Below are positions 51,288-62,226 of a stretch of 64,000 bases of DNA, piece after piece. Position numbers and translations under genes: made by a program. Location: contig CAWEWF010000001.1 in assembly GCA_963812605.1 (NCBI GenBank), positions 160,001-224,000 on the forward strand, written 5' to 3'. How positions within the stretch are numbered: position 1 is the stretch's first letter; each line of letters begins with the position of its first letter. Origin of the DNA: an uncultured Verrucomicrobiae bacterium (GTDB lineage: Bacteria; Verrucomicrobiota; Verrucomicrobiia; Palsa-1439). The notes beneath the pieces were generated by a model. The model was not told the origin of the DNA and searched no databases. It was given only the letters and a program-made list of their open reading frames with translations.

Positions 51288-51572
51288 TCACTTCTCTTTT
51301 TCCCTGGATACCGGAGAATTGCTTTCCGTATTTTCCTTCACGGCGGCAACCATCGCGTCCATCCCATCCTTGATCTCGCCGACCTGCGGGTGCACTTCCT
51401 TGATGAGGTCATGTTCGATTTTGGACAGCTTTTCGATGCGTTTCCCCTGCGCGTGAAGTTGATCCAAGAACGCACTCTGTTTGCTTGAAATCCGATGCAT
51501 CCACCAAAAGCAGACAATCCAGCACAGGGTTCCAATCAAAGTCAGCCAAAAGGCGAAGTCGGTTTTATTCAT
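51288..51572 (-). CDS. small membrane hypothetical protein
   Basis: N-terminal TM helix; SD GGAG. Confidence 0.65.
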   Translation of the reverse strand: MNKTDFAFWLTLIGTLCWIVCFWWMHRISSKQSAFLDQLHAQGKRIEKLSKIEHDLIKEVHPQVGEIKDGMDAMVAAVKENTESNSPVSREKEK

Positions 51573-51762
51573 CTCCAGTTTTCCTCATGTTACGCGATGG
51601 GCCGGTTCTTGGCTAAGCTTTTACTCGCGGACCCACAGTAGGGTTACACCCCATGGTAAAAAGTCAACGTAAGCCATAATTTCCCAACCAGGATGCTGAC
51701 CGCCAAAATATTCTTGCGGTCTCAGTGACGACGAACAAAAATAAAAATCCAAAGGAACTGTC

Positions 51763-51969
51763 ATGAACACACTGGAAATTAAAGGCGACTGGAACATCAC
51801 CAAGGGCAAACTGAAACAAAAGTGGGCCAAACTGACGGATGACGATCTTCAATTCGCCGAAGGCAAGGTCGAAGAGGTCCTGGGTCGGATTCAAAAGCGC
51901 ACTGGTGAAACCCGTGAAGCGGTGGAAAAGGCGGTCAAGGAAGCCTCCGCCCACTCCTGCGACAACTAA
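51763..51969 (+). CDS. csbD: CsbD family stress protein
   Basis: IKGDWNITKGKLKQKWAKLTDDDL. Confidence 0.92.
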   Translation: MNTLEIKGDWNITKGKLKQKWAKLTDDDLQFAEGKVEEVLGRIQKRTGETREAVEKAVKEASAHSCDN

Positions 51970-52098
51970 ACTGCCCTCTGCACGGGTGGACCGGGGAAGT
52001 ATGTTCAAGGGCCGGCGCCCGTGCCGATCGCAGTGAAACTGACTTTTCAAACGTGCTGTCCCTTGGTACTCTGACGTCGAATCGACAAGGCGCAGCGC

Positions 52099-54474
52099 AT
52101 GCCAACAAACACCCTCACCTCGGAACTGCTCCAGAAGATGGACGCTTACTGGCGCGCCGCCAATTATCTGTCGGTCGGACAGATTTATCTTTGGGACAAT
52201 CCCCTGCTGAAACAACCGCTGACGCTCGCGCATGTGAAGCACATGCTGCTGGGACACTGGGGTACTACCCCGGGGCAGAACTTCGTCTATGTGCATTTGA
52301 ACCGGGTCATCAAGAAATACGATCTGGACATGATTTATGTCTCCGGCCCCGGGCACGGTGGCCCGGCCGTGGTGGCCAACACGTACCTCGAGGGGACTTA
52401 CAGCGAGATCTATCCCAACATCAGTCGGGATGAGGCCGGGATGAAGAAACTCTTTACGCAGTTCTCGTTTCCAGGTGGAATCCCCAGCCACGCGTCGCCG
52501 GAATGTCCGGGGTCGATCCACGAGGGCGGCGAACTTGGTTATTCGCTCAGCCATTCGTTCGGGGCGGTATTCGACAATCCCGATTTGGTCGTCGCCTGCG
52601 TCGTCGGCGATGGTGAAGCGGAAACCGGCCCGCTGGCCACCGCGTGGCATTCCAACAAGTTCCTCGATCCGGCCACCGACGGCGCGGTGCTGCCGATCCT
52701 GCACCTCAACGGCTACAAAATCTCCAACCCGACCCTGCTCGCCCGCATCACCCGCGAGGAATTGGAACAGTTGCTCCGAGGCTACGGGTGGACGCCCTTC
52801 TTCGTCGAGGGTCACGAGCCGGCGTTGATGCACGAAGCCATGGCCGCGACGCTCGACACGGTCGTGGAGCAAATCAAAAAAATCCAACTGGAGTCCCGGG
52901 CCCACGGCAACACCACGCGTCCGCGCTGGCCGATGATCGTCCTCAATTCGCCCAAGGGTTGGACGGGACCGAAAGTGATCGACGGTTTGCAGATCGAAGG
53001 CACCTTCCGCTCGCACCAGGTGCCGCTCTCCGACCCGGCCACCCATCCCGAACACCTCAAGTTGTTGGAAGACTGGCTGAAGAGCTACCGGCCCGGCGAA
53101 CTTTTCGATCGGCAAGGCCGCCTGAAGCCGGAACTGGCCGAGCTCGCGCCCACGGGCGCGCGGCGGATGGGCGCGAACCCCCACGCCAACGGCGGTATCC
53201 TGCTCCGCGACCTGCGCATGCCGGACTTCCGCGACTACGCGGTCGACGTGACCGCCCCGGGTGCGATCGAGGCCGGTGATACGCATATGTTCGGGCGTTT
53301 CCTGCGCGATGTGATCAAGATGAATGCGGAGCGGCGAAATTTCCGCCTCTTCGGCCCCGACGAGACGCTCTCCAACGGCCTGGAAGCCGTCTTTGAAACG
53401 ACCAACCGCCAATGGGAAGCCGGGACCGTGCCGAACGACGAATTCCTCGCGCCGACCGGGCGCGTGATGGAAATACTCAGCGAACACCAATGCGAAGGCT
53501 GGCTCGAGGGCTACCTGCTCACGGGGCGGCACGGCCTCTTCAACTGCTACGAGGCGTTTATTCACATCGTCGATTCGATGTTCAACCAGCACGCCAAGTG
53601 GCTGAAGGTCACGGCGCACCTGCCGTGGCGGCGAAAGATTGCTTCCTTGAACTACCTGCTGGCCTCGCATGTCTGGCGCCAGGACCACAATGGCTTCACC
53701 CACCAGGATCCCGGTTTCCTCGACCACGTCGTGAACAAGAAGGCCGAGGTCGTGCGTGTTTACCTTCCACCGGACGCCAACTGCCTGCTGTCGGTGATGG
53801 ACCATTGCCTGCGCAGCCGGCATTACGTCAACGTCGTGGTCGCGGGCAAACACCCGGCGCCACAGTGGCTGACGATGGACGACGCCGTCAAGCACTGCAC
53901 CGAGGGCATCGGCATCTGGCAGTGGGCCAGCAACGACCAGAGCGCCGCGCCCGACGTGGTCATGGCCTGTTGTGGCGACGTGCCCACGCTCGAGACGCTC
54001 GCCGCCGTCTCCATCATGCGCGAGCACCTGCCTGACCTGAAAATCCGGGTGGTCAACGTCGTCGATCTCATGAAGCTGCAGCCGCAAACCGAGCACCCGC
54101 ACGGCCTGAGCGACCAGGATTTCGACGAGCTTTTCACCCGGGACAAACCGATCATCTTCGCGTTCCATGCCTACCCCTGGCTGATCCATCGGCTGACCTA
54201 CCGCCGCACCAACCACGGGAACCTGCACGTCCGCGGCTACAAGGAAGAAGGCACCATCACTACGCCCTTCGACATGACCGTGCTGAACGACCTGGACCGC
54301 TTCCATCTCGTGATGGACACCATCGATCGCCTCCCGCAGACCGGCGACAAAGGTGTCTATCTCAAGCAGCAGCTTCAAGACAAGCTCATCGAGCACAAAC
54401 AATACATCAATAAAAACGGCCAGGACCTTCCCGAAGTCCGCAACTGGAAGTGGCCCGCGTCCGGTGCGTCTTAA
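52099..54474 (+). CDS. xfp: phosphoketolase
   Basis: [32 protein letters not shown]. Confidence 0.97.
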   Translation: MPTNTLTSELLQKMDAYWRAANYLSVGQIYLWDNPLLKQPLTLAHVKHMLLGHWGTTPGQNFVYVHLNRVIKKYDLDMIYVSGPGHGGPAVVANTYLEGTYSEIYPNISRDEAGMKKLFTQFSFPGGIPSHASPECPGSIHEGGELGYSLSHSFGAVFDNPDLVVACVVGDGEAETGPLATAWHSNKFLDPATDGAVLPILHLNGYKISNPTLLARITREELEQLLRGYGWTPFFVEGHEPALMHEAMAATLDTVVEQIKKIQLESRAHGNTTRPRWPMIVLNSPKGWTGPKVIDGLQIEGTFRSHQVPLSDPATHPEHLKLLEDWLKSYRPGELFDRQGRLKPELAELAPTGARRMGANPHANGGILLRDLRMPDFRDYAVDVTAPGAIEAGDTHMFGRFLRDVIKMNAERRNFRLFGPDETLSNGLEAVFETTNRQWEAGTVPNDEFLAPTGRVMEILSEHQCEGWLEGYLLTGRHGLFNCYEAFIHIVDSMFNQHAKWLKVTAHLPWRRKIASLNYLLASHVWRQDHNGFTHQDPGFLDHVVNKKAEVVRVYLPPDANCLLSVMDHCLRSRHYVNVVVAGKHPAPQWLTMDDAVKHCTEGIGIWQWASNDQSAAPDVVMACCGDVPTLETLAAVSIMREHLPDLKIRVVNVVDLMKLQPQTEHPHGLSDQDFDELFTRDKPIIFAFHAYPWLIHRLTYRRTNHGNLHVRGYKEEGTITTPFDMTVLNDLDRFHLVMDTIDRLPQTGDKGVYLKQQLQDKLIEHKQYINKNGQDLPEVRNWKWPASGAS

Positions 54475-54489
54475 GCGCGATAGCCGCCA

Positions 54490-54586
54490 AAACGAACCCA
54501 TTTCACAATTCCAATTTAAAAGCCATAACCACCTCTCCCGCAAAAGAATCCAACGAAATTCTCGCTCGGACAAAATGGGTTCGTTT
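54490..54586. repeat. 97-bp element with 14-bp terminal inverted repeats (MITE-like)
   Basis: AAACGAACCCATTT ... AAATGGGTTCGTTT. Confidence 0.55.
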
Positions 54587-54678
54587 CGCAGAAACGCATG
54601 TTTTTCGCGACCCAGACCGCCGCTGTCGTCCGCGGCAAGCGCGCTGAGCGCGGTTCCGACGAAACGGATTCGCCAATA

Positions 54679-54764
54679 GTGGCGCGGGCGTCCCGCCCGT
54701 GGCTGTGTGCGCCGGTCTCTCGACCATCGCCAGTCGTTGGTAGGGACGGCTGGCCCAGCCGTCC
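54679..54764 (+). repeat. two REP-like hairpins
   Basis: GTGG+CGCGGGCG-TCC-CGCCCGTG and GTAG+GGACGGCTGG-C-CCAGCCGTCC. Confidence 0.55.
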
Positions 54765-55056
54765 GCGCCCGTCCATTCGCCACCGTTAAGATTCTGGTCA
54801 TAATTCACACGCCGACCATACCTCCATGCCACTGGACGAGTCCAGCAAAATTATCGATTACCGATACACGAATATCTTGAAGCGAAGGCCAGGGCTTAGA
54901 ATCGGCTTGTCAGCATTGTCAAAGCTGATACCATGAGCGCTCGTCTGGGTGAATGGTCGGTGATTGTCGGGAGACATAAGTCGTATGGGAAATGCCGCCT
55001 TAAAAGATGTAGCGGTCACGTGTCGAATTACAACCAAACCCGCTAGGATCTCGTAA

Positions 55057-55566
55057 ATGAATCGCCACTCGCTGTCTCTCATCGTTGGGCTTGCTGCCGC
55101 CGTTGTCGTACGACAGGCTATCGCGGCAGAAAAACAACTCTGGGCAAAATCGTTCCTTAATCAGAAAGCACCGGAACTTATAGTGGAACAATGGCTTACC
55201 AAGACTCCGGATACGCGCGGCAAATTCGTGTTGGTCGATTTTTGGGCGACGTGGTGCGGCCCGTGCCGCAAGGCCATCCCGGAGTTGAATAACATCCACA
55301 AGATGTTTGGGGACAAACTGGTCGTGATTGGATTGTCCGACGAAACGGAAAGCAAGATCCGCGCGATGCAGGAACCGAAGATCGACTATTATGTCGCGAC
55401 AGACACGCAGGCGCGCATGAAAAAGCGCGTCGAGGTGAATGGAATCCCGCATGTCATTATCATGGACCCGCAGGGTGTCGTCCGTTGGGAGGGCTTTCCT
55501 CTTCTGCAGGGTTACGAGCTTACCCCGGCCGTTGTTAAGGACATTCTCGAGAAGTATTCTCGATGA
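55057..55566 (+). CDS. TlpA-family disulfide reductase
   Basis: DFWATWCGPC, GIP; signal peptide. Confidence 0.92.
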   Translation: MNRHSLSLIVGLAAAVVVRQAIAAEKQLWAKSFLNQKAPELIVEQWLTKTPDTRGKFVLVDFWATWCGPCRKAIPELNNIHKMFGDKLVVIGLSDETESKIRAMQEPKIDYYVATDTQARMKKRVEVNGIPHVIIMDPQGVVRWEGFPLLQGYELTPAVVKDILEKYSR

Positions 55567-55599
55567 GTCTGTTGAGCGTCTGTCACGTCAGCATGCCCG

Positions 55600-56925
55600 T
55601 CATCCCGCGGGCTTCTCCGAGTTTGCCGGCTCCGGCTCTTTGTGGGAAACGCCTTTCGTCCGCAGCGTTTGAAATTGGACCAGATCTTTGTGGAACAACA
55701 AATCCAGCGTCCAATCCAGGGCAACGCGGAACTTCTTCTCGAAGCGCGGCAGTTTGCTGAGGTAGATCGTCCGCCACATCCACCACGCAATGAACCCGGA
55801 GAATTGAAATCCAAACACCTCCGCCACACCCGCGCGGCGTCCGATGCTCGCCATCGCCCCGAGTGTCTTGAAGCGAAACGGCTTCTTCTCGCCGCCGCGA
55901 ATCACAGCTAAAATATTCCGCGCCAGCACCCGACCCTGACGCAGCGCGTGTTGGGCCGTGGGCGGACACATCTTGCCCGTGGTGAGGTCGGGGACCGTCG
56001 CGCAATCGCCGAGCGACCACACGCCCGGCCACTCGGCGACCTCCATAAATTCATTCACGCACACCCGGCCGTGCTCCTTCAGACAGGGCAACGCACCCAG
56101 GTGCGGGTTCGGCGAAGTGCCCGCCGTCCAGACGATATTAAACGTGTCGATGCACTCGCCGTCGCTGAATTTCACGCCGCGTTCGGTCACGCTCGCGACC
56201 TTGGTGTTCCCGCGAATCTCCACGCCGCGCATCTTCAACTTCTCCTGCGCATAGCGCCCGAGTTTCTCGCCGAGTTCCGGCAGGATCACCGCGCCGGGAT
56301 GCACCAGCACCAGCCGCAGCATGTCTTCTTTCAGGTTGGGATAGAAACGAATCGCCGACCGAAGAAAATCGTTCACGGCGGCGATGGTCTCCACGCCGGA
56401 AAAGCCGCCGCCGGCCACCACAATGGTCAACAACGGCGAGCGTTCCGCCGCGCAACAGTCAAAATCAGCCACTTCCATGTTCTCGATGAGCTTGTTGCGC
56501 AGATAAATGGCGTCGCCGAGTGATTTCATCGTCAACGCCCGCTGCTCCAGACCGGGAATCCCATAAAAGTTCGTCACCGTTCCCAGCGCCACCACCAAAT
56601 GATCGTAATCCAGGTCGTGATGATGATGTTCCGGCCCATGCGACACGCCCACGCGCTTCTTCGCGAGATCGATGGTTTCGACATCGCCGTCGAAGAACTT
56701 CACGCGCCGCAGCAGTTTGCGGACGGGATTAACGATGTTGGTGATGTCCAGATCACTCGCCGCGACTTCATGGAGCATCGGGGTGAACAAAAAGAAGTTC
56801 TCCTTGTTCACCAGCACCACGTCGGCGTTCAACCCGCGCGCCAGGGCCTTCTCTAGTTCCAGCGCGCAATACATCCCGCCAAAACCGCCGCCCAGGATGA
56901 TGATCTGTGTCTTTTTCTCGCTCAT
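55600..56925 (-). CDS. type II NADH dehydrogenase-like flavoprotein
   Basis: GGGFGG, GGGFSGVE, GDCA, PPTAQHA. Confidence 0.92.
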   Translation of the reverse strand: MSEKKTQIIILGGGFGGMYCALELEKALARGLNADVVLVNKENFFLFTPMLHEVAASDLDITNIVNPVRKLLRRVKFFDGDVETIDLAKKRVGVSHGPEHHHHDLDYDHLVVALGTVTNFYGIPGLEQRALTMKSLGDAIYLRNKLIENMEVADFDCCAAERSPLLTIVVAGGGFSGVETIAAVNDFLRSAIRFYPNLKEDMLRLVLVHPGAVILPELGEKLGRYAQEKLKMRGVEIRGNTKVASVTERGVKFSDGECIDTFNIVWTAGTSPNPHLGALPCLKEHGRVCVNEFMEVAEWPGVWSLGDCATVPDLTTGKMCPPTAQHALRQGRVLARNILAVIRGGEKKPFRFKTLGAMASIGRRAGVAEVFGFQFSGFIAWWMWRTIYLSKLPRFEKKFRVALDWTLDLLFHKDLVQFQTLRTKGVSHKEPEPANSEKPAG

Positions 56926-57071
56926 GCTACCGCATTTGGGATGATACCATGACCCGAACCGATGCAAATGATTTTGGTTGGCGTCTTGACGGGGGCGCGG
57001 CTGTGTTAATAATCGGCTGAATTCCGCCGGATGCGGTTGCTCCATAAACGCCTATTTGCTAATCTGGCGCA

Positions 57072-57734
57072 ATGACAAAGAAGTTATTTGCGGAGGCCAT
57101 CGGGACGTTCTGCCTCGTCTTCGCCGGCACGGGGGCAATCATTATCGACGAAGCGACCCGAGGGACTGTCTCGCATGTCGGAGTGGCTTTGACCTTCGGG
57201 CTGGTCGTGCTGGCGATGATTTATTCGGTGGGGGACATATCCGGAGCGCATTTAAATCCAGCGGTGACGCTTGGCTTTTTTGTTGCGCGACGCTTCGAGG
57301 CGCGATTGGTCTTGCCCTACATCGCTTGCCAGGTTTTGGGCGCCCTTGCCGCCAGCGCAATCCTGCATCTTCTTTTCCCGCTAAACACCCTTCTCGGCGC
57401 TACATTGCCCCTCGGCTCGAGCCTGCAATCGTTCGTCTTGGAATTCATCCTCACTTGTATTCTGATGTTCGTCATATTAAGCGTCTCCACGGGAGCGAAA
57501 GAAAAAGGAATCACCGCAGGCATAGCCATCGGTGGTGTCATCGCGCTGGAGGCCCTGTTTGCCGGCCCCATCTGCGGCGCGTCCATGAATCCGGCTCGCT
57601 CACTGGCACCGGCATTGTTATCTCGGCATTTGGAACATCTTTGGATTTATCTGGTGGCGCCCGTCATCGGAGCGGTTGCCGCTGTCGTTTCGTGTCGATG
57701 CGTCCAGGAGGATGGCTGTTGCCGCGCCAACTGA
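57072..57734 (+). CDS. aquaporin/MIP channel
   Basis: SGAHLNPA and ASMNPARS. Confidence 0.95.
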   Translation: MTKKLFAEAIGTFCLVFAGTGAIIIDEATRGTVSHVGVALTFGLVVLAMIYSVGDISGAHLNPAVTLGFFVARRFEARLVLPYIACQVLGALAASAILHLLFPLNTLLGATLPLGSSLQSFVLEFILTCILMFVILSVSTGAKEKGITAGIAIGGVIALEALFAGPICGASMNPARSLAPALLSRHLEHLWIYLVAPVIGAVAAVVSCRCVQEDGCCRAN

Positions 57735-57735
57735 T

Positions 57736-58191
57736 ATGAAAAGCAAAGTCCTCTTCGTCTGCATTCACAATAGCGCCAGAAGTCAGATGGCCGAGGCGTT
57801 TCTTAATCAGATTTGCTCTGACGACTTTGTGGCTCAAAGCGCCGGATTGGAGCCGGGCAGGCTCAATCCGCTGGCGGTCAAGGTTATGGATGAAATCGGC
57901 ATCGATATTTCTCATAAGCAGACTCAAAGCGTGACGGATGTCCTCAGGTCCGGCGAGAAATTTGCCCATGTCATTACCGTTTGCGATGAAACCAGCGCCG
58001 AACGCTGTCCGATTGTTCCCGGTGGTGGAACTCGACGGCATTGGAGCTTCTCCGATCCCTCGACAACCATCGGTACTCCCGAGGAGAAACTCGTCAAGGT
58101 CCGGGCCATTCGCGATCAGATTAAGAGTAAGATTGTGTCCTGGTGCGATGAAGTATGCCGACCAACATCCTTGCTCACGGGTCGCCAGTAA
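57736..58191 (+). CDS. arsC: arsenate reductase (LMW-PTP fold)
   Basis: CIHNSARSQMAE, ITVCD..ERCP, HWSFSDP. Confidence 0.9.
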   Translation: MKSKVLFVCIHNSARSQMAEAFLNQICSDDFVAQSAGLEPGRLNPLAVKVMDEIGIDISHKQTQSVTDVLRSGEKFAHVITVCDETSAERCPIVPGGGTRRHWSFSDPSTTIGTPEEKLVKVRAIRDQIKSKIVSWCDEVCRPTSLLTGRQ

Positions 58192-58212
58192 CCTTGTAAT
58201 AATCGGGCCATC

Positions 58213-58497
58213 ATGGATCTGCAAACGGAAGACTTCCAACACGAGATTGCCGCCGCGGTGAAGAGTTACGACAAGTTCGTGGTGTGCATGGAAAAGACGC
58301 CCGATGAATTTCTTAAGAGCCTGCAATCACTGATGGCCAAGGCGATCACCGCCTTCCAAAACCGCGCCCCCGGCCTGCGTCACGGCATCGCCCTGGATCG
58401 CCACGTGACCATCATGCTCAGCCAGAATGAAGACACCCGCCCGCTCTGCGGAATCTACTTCAACCTGCACTCCCCCTTCCGCAAGAAGTCCGGTTAG
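58213..58497 (+). CDS. hypothetical protein
   Basis: High-GC3 coding-like 94-aa ORF. Confidence 0.65.
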   Translation: MDLQTEDFQHEIAAAVKSYDKFVVCMEKTPDEFLKSLQSLMAKAITAFQNRAPGLRHGIALDRHVTIMLSQNEDTRPLCGIYFNLHSPFRKKSG

Positions 58498-58723
58498 CGA
58501 CGCGACAAGATCGGTCGATGCCTCTTTGGGAAACGCAATTGGTTTGATGATGGAGGCCCGTTGCCCAAATGACTTTTCCGGTTGCAGTCGCGCTTCTGTG
58601 AAGCGCGGGTCGTTCATTTTCTCAATAAATCCGGCGCTTTGCAGAAGCGCCGCTACACCAAATCCAGTGGATTTCAATTTGGGCAACAGGCCCCAGAGAT
58701 GTGGCCCCAGTCGCTCTTTGCTA

Positions 58724-59032
58724 TCAGAGAGCGGGGCTAAGTACAGCCCATAATAGAACTGCTCCGCCCACATAACAGAAGAGACGCCAAACCCGTAATC
58801 GACGGTGGCGAAGCCAAAGACCGAAGCCAATTGTCTCTATAGCAGCCACCAAAGTCACACCTCCCAGTCTGACACATGTATTGCTTTCTGGTAAGACCCC
58901 CGTCCAAGCACTCGGTAGCAACAGCGTTATTGTCAAGCTGACCGTGATAGCACACGTAATAATTGAAGCTGCGACGAGCCACGATGTGGAGACAACTTGA
59001 CGGGGGGAAATGGGGTTAGGTTCCATTATCAA
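58724..59032 (-). CDS. possible small membrane protein
   Basis: Three hydrophobic segments in a lower-GC patch. Confidence 0.35.
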   Translation of the reverse strand: MIMEPNPISPRQVVSTSWLVAASIITCAITVSLTITLLLPSAWTGVLPESNTCVRLGGVTLVAAIETIGFGLWLRHRRLRVWRLFCYVGGAVLLWAVLSPAL

Positions 59033-59113
59033 ACCATTCGGTCTCCGTTTTCGCCTGTACCAATACTACCAACTCATCTCGTCCACCAACAACGGTTCAT
59101 CGCAGCTTCCGCT

Positions 59114-60031
59114 TCAAAACGTCACGAAACCGCGCTTCATCAAACCCAACAGGCAGGTGTATGCCTCTAGGTCCGTGCCGGGGAAAGTGTCGATCACGGT
59201 CTCCAGCGATCCGTTATGCAGCACGAGCTGAAATAACTGGATCTCTTCCGTGGCGAGATCGCGGAGGTTGCCGGGCACCGGTTCAACCACCTTCAATGTC
59301 GCGCCGTGTCGCGGTAATTTCGGTTCGATCATGCGGATCTCATCCAACTGCCGCATTCCCTCCAACATCAGCGACGTGGTGGTCTCGGTGATCTCCTCGG
59401 CCACCTGGTGCTCGCCGACGGGCTGCAGGTCGAAGGCCCCTTCCGTCCAGCGGAACATGCGATAAAACGCCTTGTACAATCTCACCAGCGGATTGCTTTC
59501 AATCTCGGCGTAATACACCTGGCCATCGCGGAGGTAAACCTTGCCGATCCCCTGGTCGGAACGAATCGTCAACACGCCGCTCTTGCGCGACCCGGAAAAG
59601 AGTTGCAGCAGATCCGGCAGCGGCATCTCGTGGATCGACCCGGAGATGAGCGGGGAAGGCGCGTCGGTTGCGCCCGTCGCCGCCGGAATCCCCGGCGCGA
59701 CGCTGGAATGCGACGTCAACGGCCTGACATCGCTGATGGATGCCAGCTTCATCGTGGATGAGCCGACGACAATTTCGTCGCCCTCCCGAAGCTCCACGGC
59801 GCCAGTGATTTTCACGCCATTCACAAAGGTGCCGTTCCGCGACGCGAGGTCCTCGATCATGACCCGGCCCCCGTGCGTGGAGATCTTCGCGTGCTTGCGC
59901 GAAATCTTTTCGTCGAGCAGCAAAAGATCGGCATCGTTGACGCGCCCGATCACGATGACCAAATCCGGCGGCAAAGGAAACTCCCGGCCCTGGTCCTTGC
60001 CCGCCACGAAACGGAGGACGTATTGCAGCAT
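59114..60031 (-). CDS. FHA + DUF4388 domain protein
   Basis: IGR..ISRKHA..SRNGTFVNG; SGSIHEMPLPDLLQL..EGMRQLDE. Confidence 0.9.
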   Translation of the reverse strand: MLQYVLRFVAGKDQGREFPLPPDLVIVIGRVNDADLLLLDEKISRKHAKISTHGGRVMIEDLASRNGTFVNGVKITGAVELREGDEIVVGSSTMKLASISDVRPLTSHSSVAPGIPAATGATDAPSPLISGSIHEMPLPDLLQLFSGSRKSGVLTIRSDQGIGKVYLRDGQVYYAEIESNPLVRLYKAFYRMFRWTEGAFDLQPVGEHQVAEEITETTTSLMLEGMRQLDEIRMIEPKLPRHGATLKVVEPVPGNLRDLATEEIQLFQLVLHNGSLETVIDTFPGTDLEAYTCLLGLMKRGFVTF

Positions 60032-60144
60032 TCGTTCCTGTACTGTTTTGTCAAGCGGCTGTCCGCAATAAAACTCTACCCAGACCCGGCAATCGGGTCA
60101 AGCTACTGTGCCCGTCGTCATTGTCTTAATTTGCATCCGCCAAC

Positions 60145-60208
60145 TGTAGCCGAAGCGTGAGCTTCGGGAATCCGCATTGCTACCACCGAAGCTCACGCTT
60201 CGGCTACA
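60145..60208. repeat. REP doublet (REPIN-like)
   Basis: Perfect 23-bp inverted repeat TGTAGCCGAAGCGTGAGCTTCGG with 18-bp spacer; each arm is GTAG + hairpin. Confidence 0.75.
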
Positions 60209-60236
60209 AAACACGAACGATGAGCGATGCGGCAAA

Positions 60237-61499
60237 TTAAGACACTACCTGCCCTGCTTCGCCGGGTTGTTTTCGCGCCAGTGTCATTATTACCGCCAGC
60301 ACCGCCACGACCATCGATCCCACTCCCAACCAGAAGAATACTGTCGGCGCCGAGGTGCGACGGAATAAATCCGTTCCGAACTGCAACCAAAACGCCACGA
60401 TCATCGTGGCCGAGGTCAACATGCCACGGGCCGCGAATACCGCGCCGCGCCGCGCATCTTCGACCTGCGCCTGGAGCCGGGCATCGAAGTAAATCAGCAT
60501 GGTCGCGATGACCCCGCCAAGCAGGATGATACCGATCGTGGCGACCCAGATGCGCACAGTGAGCGCCAATATAATGAGCGCGCCACCCATGATGACCAGG
60601 TGCGCCATGGGAAACCAGATGGATTTCGTCCACCGGTGTTGCGTGCTCAAGGACCCGATGCCGGCGGCGGCGCCCACGCCGCCAGCCAGGGCCAGATAGC
60701 CAACCTGGCTGGTAGTCAGTCCCAGTGTATCCATCGCGTAGCCGACAAATACTACCGCCAAAATGCCCACAATGAACATGAAGACACCGTTCAACAACAC
60801 CAGCGGCATCGCTGTGGGGTGCGTCCAGAGGTATTCAAGGCCGATTCGCAATTCGGTCCACCCGCTGCGGGTTCCGGGATACTGCGTCGCGGTTGTCGCA
60901 TGCGGGACCATCCGGATCCTCCAAAGCAACCCCGCGCTGACCAGGCACATCGCCACGTTGGCGAGCACGGTCGTCAGCACGCCCACTTTCTCGGCGATCA
61001 ATCCACCCAGCGTAATCCCGCCCACGGTGGCAAGGGCCAGCGTGATTCCGAATATCGTATTGGCATGAACGAGGTCGTCCGTGCCAACCAGGTTTGGCAG
61101 CAACGCGGAACGCGCAGCCAGATAGAATGTCGCAATGATCCCCAACACGCCCGTCATCCAGTAAACCAGCTGCAACCCGCGATTCTCAACGCGGCCCGAC
61201 AACAGGGGGAGCAACCAGAATGCGATCGCGAGCACCACCACCGCACGGATGACATCACTGACGATCAATACACTGCGCCGTTGCCACCGATCCAAGACCA
61301 CCATCACCAAGGGACCGAAAAGCAGACCCGGCAAGGCAACCGCAAACGACAGCTTGGCGATCTCCACGCGTTTGTCAAAGTGCTGGTGTTCGCGGAGCAC
61401 TTCCACCAGCCCCATGCGCATCAATCCATCACCCAGGGTCAGCGCAATCTGCGAAGACAACAACCACAGAAAACGGGCGTTTCTGAGCACCGCCCGCAC
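60237..61499 (-). CDS. MFS transporter
   Basis: About 12 TM helices; LDRWQRRSVLIVSDVIRA, RRGAVF. Confidence 0.9.
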   Translation of the reverse strand: MRAVLRNARFLWLLSSQIALTLGDGLMRMGLVEVLREHQHFDKRVEIAKLSFAVALPGLLFGPLVMVVLDRWQRRSVLIVSDVIRAVVVLAIAFWLLPLLSGRVENRGLQLVYWMTGVLGIIATFYLAARSALLPNLVGTDDLVHANTIFGITLALATVGGITLGGLIAEKVGVLTTVLANVAMCLVSAGLLWRIRMVPHATTATQYPGTRSGWTELRIGLEYLWTHPTAMPLVLLNGVFMFIVGILAVVFVGYAMDTLGLTTSQVGYLALAGGVGAAAGIGSLSTQHRWTKSIWFPMAHLVIMGGALIILALTVRIWVATIGIILLGGVIATMLIYFDARLQAQVEDARRGAVFAARGMLTSATMIVAFWLQFGTDLFRRTSAPTVFFWLGVGSMVVAVLAVIMTLARKQPGEAGQVVS

Positions 61500-62225
61500 T
61501 TAGGAATGCTCCTCGATGAATAGCTTCATGTCGTCGGGCAATGACGCTTGAAAGGCGCACGGCTCCTGCGTGCCCGGGTGCCGAAACGCAACGCGTTCGG
61601 CGTGCAGCGCGTGCCGCGGCAACAACAGTTTCTCCAGCATCTCGTTCGTCACGCCCTGCTCGATGAATTGCAGATACAACTTCTCGTCCGGCCCATACAC
61701 CTTGTCGCCCACGATGGGGTGACCGAGCCACGCCATATGCACGCGCAATTGGTGTGCCCGCCCGGTGCGCGGCATCAGCCGGGCAACTGTGAAGTTGCGC
61801 AACCGCTTGTCGACGGCAAACCGCGTCAGGCTGGGCTGGCCACCCGCGCCATCCACCACGCGTTTCGTATAGACGACGGAGGTTTGGCTCATTCCAATCG
61901 GTTGATCGATCACACCGCGTTCCTCGGCAAATTCACCCTGGCAAATCGCGATGTATTCTTTCTCAATTTCGCGTCGCAGGACCGCCTTGCCGAGCGTCTT
62001 CGCCGCAGCTTCGTTTTTCGCGACAACCACCAGTCCGCTGGTTTCGCGGTCGAGGCGGTTGATCATCCGCGGCGTTGGCACTCCATGCTCGCGCAGCCAT
62101 TCCGCGAGGGAGATATGCTCAGGCTGTTGCGCCGAATGGCAAACCATTCCGCCCGGCTTGTCCACCATGAGCAATTCTTCATCTTCGAAGATGACCTGCG
62201 GGGCAGCGTTGGTGAGAGCCTGCAT
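61500..62225 (-). CDS. RluA-family pseudouridine synthase
   Basis: VDKPGG, NRLDRETSG, TGRAHQLRVH, HPIVGD. Confidence 0.93.
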   Translation of the reverse strand: MQALTNAAPQVIFEDEELLMVDKPGGMVCHSAQQPEHISLAEWLREHGVPTPRMINRLDRETSGLVVVAKNEAAAKTLGKAVLRREIEKEYIAICQGEFAEERGVIDQPIGMSQTSVVYTKRVVDGAGGQPSLTRFAVDKRLRNFTVARLMPRTGRAHQLRVHMAWLGHPIVGDKVYGPDEKLYLQFIEQGVTNEMLEKLLLPRHALHAERVAFRHPGTQEPCAFQASLPDDMKLFIEEHS

Positions 62226-62226
62226 G

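Noticed and set aside
47633-54801. Long minus-strand ORFs of 700, 620 and 1045 aa
   Set aside because: Antisense shadows of transglutaminase, cbpA, ackA and xfp in high-GC DNA; no motifs
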